NCBI GenBank assembly: GCA_000708835.1
Contig: DF237194.1
Coordinates: forward strand, 1-64,000
Length of the DNA: 64,000 nt
Reading direction: 5' to 3'
Source: Klebsormidium nitens
Taxonomy: Eukaryota > Plantae > Klebsormidiophyceae
Shown here: piece by piece, positions 1-11,300 of the stretch
Position numbering within the stretch: position 1 is the stretch's first letter
How the letters are laid out: every line of letters starts with the position of its first letter
Made by a program: the position numbers and the translations under genes
Notes under the pieces: generated by a model
Database searches by the model: none
Told to the model about the DNA's origin: nothing
Seen by the model: only the letters and a program-made list of their open reading frames with translations

Positions 1-2470
1 GTGCTTATCTTAGTGCAAGCTGCTCTTAGTGCAAGCTAGCGTTGCCGGAATGATATGATGTATGATGTAGCCTGTCGACATGTAACATGTCGACAGTCAT
101 TTACCATGGGAACTCAACTTTCATTAATTATTTTGGGGTCAGTGTGAAAAAAATAAAAGTACAGATCTCCCCGACTGTGAAAGGCGAAACCACGATTTTT
201 TGGAAAACATGTCATTCTGGGATCATTACAGTGTGGAAAAAGCAAAAAACCGCTTGTGAGAAATGGAAAATATATACTAATAAGTAATAACGTAGGCGCC
301 CGGTGAAACCTCAGGATGAACGAAATTAAGTTTTCACACCAAAAGGTGGTGAATTCCCATGCCGGTACGGTACCGTAAGGTCCAGGGGCCAGGGCTGAGT
401 CCTGAGGCCCTGAGTCGGTGCAAGATGACAACGTCATCTCGATTCTTGAGGACCATGCGGCGCTGCGGCGCCAAACCCCAAGTCAAGTTAGCAAGCACTG
501 AGCGCCGCGCGACAGAGTCCGACAGACGCTGGTCTCTCAATCCGGGAGACACTCACTTACTCACTGTCATCATATACATGATATTGGCATGAAACTCCTT
601 TTATTTATCCTTGCCCTCTGCTCCTTCAACGGAAAGAACACAAATGGGACCGGAACTTGACCGGAACCGATCACTGTAATTTTCGAATGTCTTCTGTGCA
701 GAACTCCAGCATGCAATCACAAAAGCCCACTGAGGCACAGACTCAAAGTGAAGGCGTGTAGAACCTCAAGTCTGGAAGCAAGAAGGATATACCTATTCCG
801 CTCAAGCCGCACCTGGCGCAAAGCGAGCGCAAACCCTTAGTATGCGGGCCCTATACCAAGTTCCAACGGGTCCAAGCTGCATGAAGACGGCCGGGAGCAG
901 TAGGTGCCCTCGAACAGCACCAGTCCACGTACTTTCTGCAAGTGTTGGTATTTTCTTGCTCTCGTCATGTTTCTGCCCGATCCTGGAATGGACTGTTCCT
1001 GACAGCCCGGCAAGAGCAGAACGTCTAGTTCATCTTAAAAACTCTGCTCGGACCGGCTCAGTGACTCAGTGGTGCCGGTCTGTCGGAACTGCGCGACCGG
1101 GATTCCGCGGACCCAGATTTCGATCGCGCGACCGAAATTTGGCCGGACCGGCTGCATCGAGTTCAGTGCGCGCGGAATTTGACGCGCCGAAAGCGAAACC
1201 CAGGCCGCTCCGACGTGACCCAGATTGATAACTCATTCATAATTTAACGGAGTCTAAAAACGGTTTCTACCTCAACGGCTAGTTTCCATATCCTCCCGTG
1301 CTCTTTAGAAGCCGACGAGGATAGTCACTAGCCGTTTCTAGATAGGCCTAGGCGTTTTTCAACGCCGGCCAGAAGTAGCTCAACTCACCGTATGAACTGG
1401 TTTCTTTCACAATATACTTGTCGAAATTAATTGCATGAGCTTAATTTCAACCCTCCTGCTTCTTGTGTTCAGAATGCTCAAGCAACGGCGTGGACAGAAA
1501 GCATCGAGATTTTGGACCTTAAAGTAATTCCACTATACTACCTAAGAGGGCTCCGGCCCTAGCGGTTGGGAGAGGACGCCCAGGGGACAGCCCATGATTG
1601 CTCGTAGGATTAGTACGGTCAAGCTTGCAAGCTACGGACAAAGAGGCTGGCCAATTGATGCCAGTCTGACTCAACCGAATTCATTTACAAGCCAAAATTG
1701 CCAAGGCCGTGCTTAACATACATATGCAATGCGACATTGTGCCGAATCAAGTATCAAACTGCAGCTGAGTTCACTATTGGCCGGATTGATATCGTGTTGC
1801 CTGGGAACACATACCGCCCGGGCCTAGCCGCCTTTGCGCGCGCTATAGAGTCGGCCATGCATGCAAGCTGCGGACTTTAGCGGAAAGTTTTACAAGATAC
1901 ACATACGTGAAACAATGACATGCCCGGCCTGCATGCAGCACTCAGTCGAGCAGATCGAGAAAGCAACTTGAAGTGTATGCAGCGACTTATAGCACTGTCC
2001 CCGCCTGTGGGTTGCAAAGGTCATGACTTTGCCATGGCTTCTATAGACCTTCCCGGTTGAGCCAAGTTGAACCGTCCAATTGCATGATGCACATGGATAT
2101 CCATCATTGCATGTCTGCAAGAATCCGCATGACCTGACCGGCCGTATACTATTCCAAACTTAAACCGGCTCAGCCTTGTACATTCCAGAAGTGACTTGTG
2201 CTATCTGGCATGACATGACGACTAAGAATTGGCCGCAGTCTGAATCATCACATCAGCAATATGCAGTGCGACCACGTGCAAAGCCTTCGCCCCGCCCGCT
2301 CGGCCCTCGAAGTTTCACAGGACCATTTCATGCTGCGCCTTCGGTCTTTGGCCATACCTGCTCGGGACTCACCGCTAAAACATGGTCCTAACTTCACTTT
2401 TCTTCATTTCCTAGAAACCCAAGCTACAAATCCTCCCCCCCCTCCCCTACTAGACCCTGATCTCACTGCC

Positions 2471-5400
2471 CTACCGCCGGTCCGTCTTGCCTATGCCTCT
2501 CTTCCCAGAGAACAAGTGCTTCGGCATCTTGTTGGGAATCACTCTGTCCGCCTCACCCTGCTTCGCCATCCTGTTCCGCGCCATCTCGCCCTTCCGCTTG
2601 ATCTTCTGGATCTTGATCTTCTGCGCGGAATCCTTGAACCCGTCACCCGGAACCGCAATGACCGCCGACCGACTCCGCGAGCGGTCGCGCATCTTCTTGT
2701 GCGCGGGCCCTTGGGAGCCGTCGATCTGCATGCCGTCCTCGTCCATCGACGGTCCCTCGGAGCGCCCACGCTTGCGGCCTTGCCGCGAGACGGAGCGCTC
2801 GCGCACGCGCGCCACGGCGGCCGACGGGTCGATGCCCATGTGGGACAGGTGCTCCTCCATCCTGCACAAATAAGAATGACGTCAGCAGGAATCAAGATGT
2901 GAGGACTTGCATCCACCATATGCCTCACGCAGAAACAACTTGCTTGTCCAGATGCAGTTGTAGACGCTTTTGTTAGCGTGCTGAACCGAGCACCTTTCAG
3001 AACGTCCTTTGCAATGCCAGAAAACGATCAATGACTTGTTTCAGTCGAGGCCTCATTTGAGAGGCCTCATTCAAATGAGGCCTCGTTCAAATTCAGCAAA
3101 TCAGAGGAAACGCGATCCACGCCGCGTCTCGGTCGCCGATAATAGGGTACTGAAGGCGAAGTTTGATGTACACAAAATATACAGGCAGCCACGCTGAAGT
3201 CACAGGGAAAAATATGCGTTCGGATTGCGTACCTGCCCGTCGTGAGCTCCCTGTTTTGGTCGAACTTGCGCGGGACCATCGACCGGTTGTCTGCCGTCGT
3301 TTTCCGCGCCCTGTGCCGGTCCAGCAGTTGCCGTTTCCGTCGCCGGATTGCCTGCGAGGGTTTCACAAGTTCAGATCAGCAAGGGGACCTGAATGAGCAG
3401 CTGTGAAGGGAGACGTCATTCCTGATCAAGACGACTTCTAAGCAAAAAAAGGTTTCGTGACGCGAGGGCTTGAATATCTTACTCAAAAGCTTACTCAAAA
3501 ACTTTGACTGCAATGCGCCTCAACCAAAGCGACAGGACATTGCGTCCTTTCAAACACCACTGATGTAATGCGATACTCAAGTTCAACATGGAAGTTGATT
3601 CAACGTTCATATTTTTCCGAGCAATTCAATCGACATTCATGTTCAGATCAAAGTCCACGTAAGGATCGGAAGCTGCAGGTAGGAAACAAAATCACGACCC
3701 GGATGAACAGTTTGAAAACCAGACCGAATCCACAACCAAGACAAAATGGCAAAGCTCACCTGCAGCGCCTCCTTCTCCTCCGCCGTAAGATCCTCCTCCT
3801 CCATCTCCTCCTCGCCCCCGTCGTCCTCCCCTTCTTCTAGCCGCTCTAGTTCCTCCAGGCGCGCCATGATGTCAGGGTCGATGAAGTCCGCGATGTTCTT
3901 CCCGTCCATGATCTCCGGCATGACGTCATCCTTCCAGGCCTCGTCCGCGAGCATGTAGTGCTTCTGCAGCTTCGCGCTGTACACGCCCGCGCCGCCCTGC
4001 TCTTCTTGCAGCTCGCGCTCCAGCTTGCGCGCCGGTTTTGCGGGCTCGTTTGCGCGGGCCTCCAGAACCGCCTGCCAAATAATGAGGGATGACGTCAGCA
4101 TCATCGCAAGATTGCGCCTGAGGGCCCCAAGTCTCAAGCGACACTTGCAGGCTCTCGTCAGTATATTGCAAGGAGAGGACTGTCCAGAAAACTCAAAACC
4201 ACAACCATGACAGCTCCAGCTTACGCGCGGACTTTGCGGGCTCGGTGGCGGGAGCCTCCAGAACCGCCTGCCAAAGTATCGGAGGAGAACGTCTGTAACG
4301 TTGCAAATTGGTCCTGGTGGCCCCACTTCTGGAGCAAAACTTGCGGGCCTCTGTCGTTCTGACTGGGACGAGAGGAATGACCATAACGACCCAAATTTGC
4401 ATCCGTACTGACGAGAACTGGTGTGCGGACTTTACGGGGTCCTTCGCGCGAGCCTCCAGAGCCGCCCGTGCCATAAGGGATAGCGGATCTGACACTAATC
4501 AACGTGAGGAGATTTCTGTGACCTCACAGTATTGTTGGAGCAGCGCCAGAAGTGTAACAGTACTGTTAGAGTAGCGCCAGAGGTGTAACAAAACGCAGAG
4601 CAGGTTGCTGACACTTTCGATGCTTCGCGGCCGCGGGGGGTAAGACAACCAAGGCCAGGTTCAGATTGATTACGACCAGCTTCGGAAAGCCCACGTTGCA
4701 ATCTCATACCAGTAACTCAAGAGGTGCTGACAGGCAACAACCTGGTGCTCAACGTGCAAACCAATCCAAGAAGCAAGCTGACACCTTTGCTTTCGACAAA
4801 AAGCGCTGGCAGACAGCCATGTTAATAGAAAGAAAAGTAGACATACGAAAAGATGGAAAACCTCTTGCACAGGGCCGTTTTGCACCACAAAATGACCCCC
4901 ACAATCCAGAGAGCGGGTGGCAGACGCACCTGTGGAATAACCGGCGGCCGCTCCTTGTGATCCCGTGCCCTTGGCTCCGCCACGTATATCCGGTTCACGA
5001 CGTCGTTCATCTTCTTGCCCTTCATCTTCACCTCCACCCGTTGCTGCGGATTCAAAAGGAGCCGCTTAGACAGGGGTGGAACACGGTATATCAAACTTAT
5101 GGTCGAGAAAAGCGCAACATTGCAATTGACTGTGATATTTCAAGAGGAAGGGCTGTTTCCCGGGGGCACAAGTTCCCCGACCACGTTCTGCTAACGTCAC
5201 GGATGAAAGCGATGGTAGCCAACACAGAAGTTATAGATGCACAACACTGCAGTGGTCCACATGACCAAAAATATAGAAGACCTGGAGTACGGTATCACGT
5301 TTGACCTAGGCTCCATTTGCACCCCCCCCAGCTGCAGCAGTCGACGCACCCCGCATCCTTGAAGCATCACCCCTTAATCAAGCGACATCTTTTTGAAAAT

Positions 5401-7768
5401 CGGTAAACACTTGAAAAGCCAATTATGGGCTCAACATCGAAACTTCCAGAATCCCCCAAAACCAAGTCCAAATGAGCTACCCACAAAGTACCTATAAATT
5501 CACTAATTAACCTGCTGGTAAACAGTTTGCGCACGTCATTTCCCATCTCCACCACCCCCTCATCATTCATCGCAGTAGAACAACCGGCACACTCGAACAT
5601 CATATTGACGCTTAAATAGCTTCCATATGCACTAAACAAAAGTCCGCTGTAGAAGAAACAAATGCCCCTGTAAACAACTCTCCCACCTGCAGCAGTCGCT
5701 CGCACGCCGTATTCTTCACGTCCACCACCCCTTCATCATTCATCGTGCTCATCACCATAAGCGCCCCCTCGTCTCCAGCACCCTCCCCCATGTCTCGCCC
5801 CGCCGCCTCCCTTCGCATCTCCTCAATCAGGGCCTTCTCTTCTTCGGGAAGCGTCTCGAGGGGCTGCAGGCAAAAGAGGGGACCAACGACCTTAGAACGT
5901 GCATCAGGTGTGACCACAGTTTATTTTTCTAGGTGCAATCGCAGGTGCAGACGCCCACCTTTAAAAGCCAGCGCTCTGAAAAGAGTGACCACTGTCACAC
6001 ACAAAGGACAGAGGTACTGCGTTGCATTTGGACCTTGCAAACTCCATCCCTGTGTTTTGCCATCCCATACTTCTCACTGACATGAACATTTATAAAATAA
6101 CGCCCATAAGCTTAGACTCCTCCAACATGAAATCCAACCTATAAGGATTGAGGCCACCACTGCGCAAGCTACGATTCCAAGCACCACCCAATATCCTGCC
6201 TCGCGTTCGCTTCAAACCCTAACCACATAACCCTAGTTTGAACCCTAGTAACCCACCTGCAGGTCCGTCTTGTTGCACGCGATCATGAGGGGCTTGTTCG
6301 CAAAGAGGGGCTTGATGCTGTGGAAGAGCGCCGCCTGCTGCGCGATCGAGTACCCACAGCTCCCGGAGAGATCGACCACGAAGAGAACGGCGGCGCGCAG
6401 ATGTGCGAGCGCAGTGATGGCCAGCATTTCAATCGTGTTACGGTCCTCGAGGGGGTGATCGAGGATTCCGGGCGTGTCGATGACCTGTCAGAGGGCAAAA
6501 GACAAGTTAGAAAATTGGATTTGAAGGTTGCAAAGCCTCGTAGTCTTGAGGACTCGAAGTGGTGGTCAGGAATTCCAGGCGTGTCGATGACCTTGCAGCG
6601 GGGGGTAAGCAGGGGAACTACAATAAGCTTCCAGATTTTAGGGTTTGGACAACGCGGTGGCTCAAGGTCAAGGGCGTGAACAGATTGTTGATTCCACAAA
6701 AAGCAATTGATGGGAGTGCCGGTCGACAACAGATGGACTAATGCTGGTGGAACGGGTGGTAAATGCTCTGATCGCACCTTCGCAAGGGAAGATGAAGGAT
6801 TAGGGTTCCAGGCTTTAGGGTTTGGAAAGCGTCATTGTCTCAAGGCATGAGAAAGTGGCCAAAAAGTCCGCATTCAAAATACAGGACTGTGGAAGAAACA
6901 CAGTAGACAAATGCTGGAGAGATTGGGTGGAAGGCAGCTTTGGGCCAGCAAAGCAGAACTTTGACATGGTAACGGTGTGCAAGCAGGGCAATCCTAACAG
7001 CATTGCCACAATTTGCATTCTATCACCACTATTGTGCCCCTTGAACGTAACGGCAACCTCCAGCAGCCAGGAGAAGAAAGTCATCCTTAGCGCTACAAAC
7101 GAAAGTCGACCCACCTGCCACCGAAGGTATTTGTAGTCGGTGTGCCCCACGAAGAGGCTCTTCGTCGTGAACGCGTACGGCTGCACGTCGACGTCCGCCC
7201 GCGTGATCTTGTTCACGAAGCTGCTCTTGCCCACATTCGGGTACCCGCACACTAGAATTGTCCTTGTCTGGGGGTCTATCGATGGCAGCCTCGACATATG
7301 CTGGCGGACCTGTTCTAAGTACGCCAGACTCGGACCCTGCTTCTTCATAAGCGTGCACATCCGGCCCATGGCCGCCCGCTTCAGCTGCTTGCATCTGTAT
7401 AAGGTGTCGCCGAACTTGAGCAGCCGGACATAGTCCTTTGCAATTCTATCAATCAGGTTGCGGGCCGTGTTGATCTGCCCCAGCGCCAGCTTATAATGGT
7501 CCTTATCATACAGCACGTTCAGCAGGTCCCCATAGAAAGGATGGATGTCGTCTAGACGAGGAAAATCCTCGATGATCTGCGTCAGCTTCTCGTGATAGGT
7601 CTGCTGCGTGAACTTGACCTTGCGCATATAGAACTGGCGGATACGCGATATCGCATAGTGCTTGTGAACAACGGTGGGAGTCTGACGCTGCGTGCGGGAG
7701 AGGACGATGTCGACAAAGTCCTTGCTCGTCGGGACCACCGTAATCTTTTTGAAGTTGTACTGCACCAT
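2471..7768 (-). CDS. NOG1: Nucleolar GTP-binding protein 1 (60S biogenesis OBG-family GTPase), 7 exons, ~664 aa
   Basis: Exons 7768-7115, 6484-6257, 5863-5687, 5043-4930, 4071-3760, 3351-3233 and 2861-2471 all have GT-AG boundaries and join in phase (1995 nt). Motifs: N-terminus [15 protein letters not shown]1 [11 protein letters not shown]2 YAFTTK, G3 DTPG, G4 NKTD, NOGCT-like [17 protein letters not shown], and C-terminal [15 protein letters not shown]. Confidence 0.96.
6214..6823. promoter_or_regulatory. Telo-box (AAACCCTA) cluster in NOG1 introns 1-2
   Basis: AAACCCTAA at 6214-6222, TTTTAGGGTTT at 6636-6646 and TTTAGGGTTT at 6814-6823, plus degenerate ACCCTAG copies at 6228-6248. Telo-boxes are established cis-elements of plant ribosome-biogenesis genes; function here is inferred. 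Confidence 0.55.
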
Positions 7769-8397
7769 CTTGGCAGCTCCACAGATGGGCGCCCACTGGG
7801 GGGAGGGGGGGGAGTTGGGGCGTCAGCAAAACCTGTAAAGCCCGCTGAATCAGAAGGATTTGCAACGATGCTCAAGGCGGCCCTGAACGTGGTGGTGGCG
7901 CTTGTGGCGCTTTTTACCTTTTTGACTTCTGCCAATTCTCAGACTTCTTCCAGTTCTGGTCATGAAATGGCACAAGTCATCTTGGCACACTGAACCATTA
8001 CCATGTAGATTCATTTTAGACAGGCTCTCGAACTTAGTGAGCGGTAACGATGACCAATTGAAAAGTGGGGAGGCCGCGCTGCACTTGATCGAAGTTGAAG
8101 TTGGACTCGGAGGCGTCTCTCGAAAATTTATAAGCTGCACCACTTTCCGAGTCTTTCAGGGAGCTGCAAACAGTTTGCTGGACGGTTGCAAACTCAAGTT
8201 GGTCACGCAAGTCTGTTCAATTTGTTTCTAGAGGTCTGAAGATTCTCGTCCCTTAAAAACAGGTACGGTGTGCGAGTACAGGCAGGTTGGTTTCGTGGAG
8301 CATTCTTTAAGTGCTTCTGCTTGCGTCCGGGCATCCCTCCATTCCTCTGAAGCCCCCCAGTCTTATATAAGAGGAAGTTTCCGTACGTCCGGCCACC
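7769..8397. promoter_or_regulatory. Putative bidirectional promoter and 5' UTRs shared by NOG1 and MAK16
   Basis: 629 bp separate the divergent ATGs at 7768 (-) and 8398 (+). A TATA-like TATATAA lies at ~8364-8370, upstream of the MAK16 ATG, and a G-run tract at ~7797-7820. The promoter role is inferred from gene geometry. Confidence 0.6.
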
Positions 8398-11300
8398 ATG
8401 CAGCACGATGAGATCATCTGGCAGGTCATCAATCAAGGGCACTGCAGCTATAAAGCAAAGTAAGTTTGCGCTTCTTACCAGGGCATTGGTGATGCTACCG
8501 GTGGTCCTACTTGTTCCACTTATCTCCGCCCTGGAACATTACTGGCAGGATGTTTGTGGGGGAGTATCTCAGTGGAGTCCTTCAGAGACGAATAGAGGAC
8601 ACGGTACTCTTGGGCATTGGTTAATGGTGGTGGCAAGTAGGCAGGTGTTTGCCCTAGCTATATGCGGTTGCTTTCTTTGAACTCCTGCGATGAGGCCCAA
8701 GTACAAGGTCTCTGAATCCTAAATAACTCTAGACATTAAATTCTAATTGTTATTTTGAATAAACGGAATCTATACCCAAGTGGTGGTGTGTCTCTTTTGC
8801 AGAACACAACAGCAAACTTTCTGCCGAAACCCGTACAATGTCACGGGCTTGTGCAATCGAAGCTCTTGCCCGCTGGCCAACTCTCGGTACGCCACAATCA
8901 GAGAGATTGACGGTAAGCTTTCGTTTACATCACTAGGGAGGAACTTACAGTACAAGCATGTACAAGTGGTGGCACACAAGATATGTTCGGAATTAGCCTT
9001 GCTTGAAGAAGCTGCGTCAGTGGCATGGGTGTTTTAGGGTGTTGTTTCAATTAGTAGCCCTTCGTAAACTGAGGCTTTGTATCATAATAACTGCCACCAG
9101 AAGAAGATTGGGCATAAGATCATGCAAGGTCTTTTGTAGGAATATTGGGGCTGTGAAATTCTGACATCGTTGACCGGGGCTTTGGTTTCCAGCTTTCCCC
9201 CTCTCAAGGGGATCGTCTTCAAAAGTCTTTTGAGTGCCGGGCAGACGCCAAGGCCCCTTATGTCAATCACAAACCCGAAAAAATGTCGGTCCTTGGATTC
9301 TCAGGCTTTTGAACTTGTATCCGTCCATCAGTCCAGATTCTCAGCAGAAGGGGCATGTTTTGGGCTCACTCTGGGCCTGCCCTGGAGTGGGTTCGTTTCG
9401 CTTTCTTGTGTCCTTGAGCCCTGACCATACTTGGTTAGCATTTGCAGGTGTCCTGTACCTATATATGAAGTCCATAGAAAGGGCGCATGCACCCCGGGAT
9501 CTGTGGGAGCGGATAAAGCTGCCCAAGAACTATGCAAAAGCGCTGGAGCTGATCGACAAGCACATGGTGAGCTTATGGCAATCAGAAAAGATAAGCAAGT
9601 TTTCAATTGTGAGAAAGGAGACGGACTTTCTCCCTTTTCAATCGTCAGGAGTATCAGATTCGTTGACCGGTGAACTACGATAGATACTTGTCTCCTTAAG
9701 CAAGCTGCAAACACTGACCGTCCAACGAAACTGTTTACTGGATCTTTGCCCATTTTTTCCTGTAATCTGGTCAATTGTTCACGGGAATCTTGTCAAAGGG
9801 GTGCGTTGTTTGACAATAAGAGCAGTTCTTGATCTCCTAGTGTGTCCGACTCTTGCAGGTTCATTGGCCCAAGTTCCTCGTTCACAAGAACAAGCAACGG
9901 CTGACCAAGATGACGCAGTACCTCATACGGCGGCGAAGATTGGCGTTGAGGATACAGTGAGCCACCCTCTATCCCTGACCTCTTTGTTTATAGACTGCGG
10001 CTGATTCTCATTGTAGACTTACAATCACAGCATGCAGTTTTTCCGGTGCCAGGTTGGGAATGGGTTTTAGTCGATCACTTCCAAATCATTAAAGTGCAGA
10101 TAGAGTCGCTTTGCATCTGTCGAAACTAAGCCCCAGGCTGTACTTCCGGCCTTGGTTGTCTGTCAGATGGAATCTCCACTAACTTTTGAAGCTTGATGAC
10201 CTGTGCTTGAGAGACTGCCAAACCTTGAGATTGGCCAGAGAAGCCGATCAATCCTGTACTACACTTGCGAGACAGCTCTCATGTGTTGGCGTTCTGTCCA
10301 GGCCGAAACTGGTCACTGTGCCGACGAAGCTGGAGAAGCGGGAGAAAGCAAGGGAAGCGAAAGCGGAGGTAGCGGCCAAGCTGGATAGGGTGAGGTTTTG
10401 TGCGTGGCTCGTTTGATTTTCCAACTTCATTTGAGTTTATTTTGCGCCTTTGAACGGTCAGCAGCGTGCAAGGACCTTGAGAACGTCCAGAAGCTGATCC
10501 AACGATGTATGTACTCCCAAATCGATCAGCCCGCTCAAGCATCTGGCTCGTTCGTTATTCTTGGTTCTTACTTGGTTCATGACGGGGTGTCTGTAGAGCT
10601 TTTCATTTTTCTGGCTGACGTCGCTCTTAACGGTCGCAGAATGTTTTCGGTAGGTTTTCTGCCCTTGATTTCTTTGCATCTTTGTTGTGCGAAGGAGTAG
10701 TGGAACATCATCTCCGATTGTGATGGATCGTGCGATTTCCCTCCGGTCATGTTTATTGACCTCCAGGAATTCAGACCCGTTGAGCCTGAGTATGGAAACC
10801 CTGGCGTTCACAACCTCTTAAGCCGAAAAGCAGCGCCGCTAACAAAAGTTTCTCCCTGGGAGCTATCGAAAGGAGCTTCTGGAGAGGCTGACGTTGAAAC
10901 CTGAGCGTTCACAATCTCAAGTCAACGTCTCATGCATAAAAGCTAGCGCTATTGACCAGTGGTTTCAGAAACGATTTGTCGAAGCAGTTGATGTTGGAAA
11001 ATTCAGCGCCCAAGAGCACAATGGCGACTTTCTATCCAAAAGGAGTGCTGCTGGCCGGTTCAAAAGCAGCGCCACTGATTATAGTTTCTCCTTTGCAGGC
11101 TATCGAGAAGGAACTCTTGGAGCGGTTGAAAGCGGGCACTTACGGCGACATTCCGAACGTGCCGTGGCGCAACTACGAACGGGTTCTCGACATGGAGGCG
11201 GAGAAGGGGGAGCTGCAAGACGAGGCCGAAGAGGAAGACGAGGAGGTAAGGCAGATCGATACCTGGCCGTTCGCTGACGTCATATTGGTGCTGCTGGAAG

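Noticed and set aside
842-1228. 128-aa ORF and other ORFs in 1-2400
   Set aside because: Low-complexity R/P/G composition, no homology cue, and no splice partners found.
7592-7993. 133-aa plus-strand ORF and other ORFs antisense to NOG1 exon 1
   Set aside because: These are shadow ORFs of a GC-rich coding exon, with no recognisable motif.
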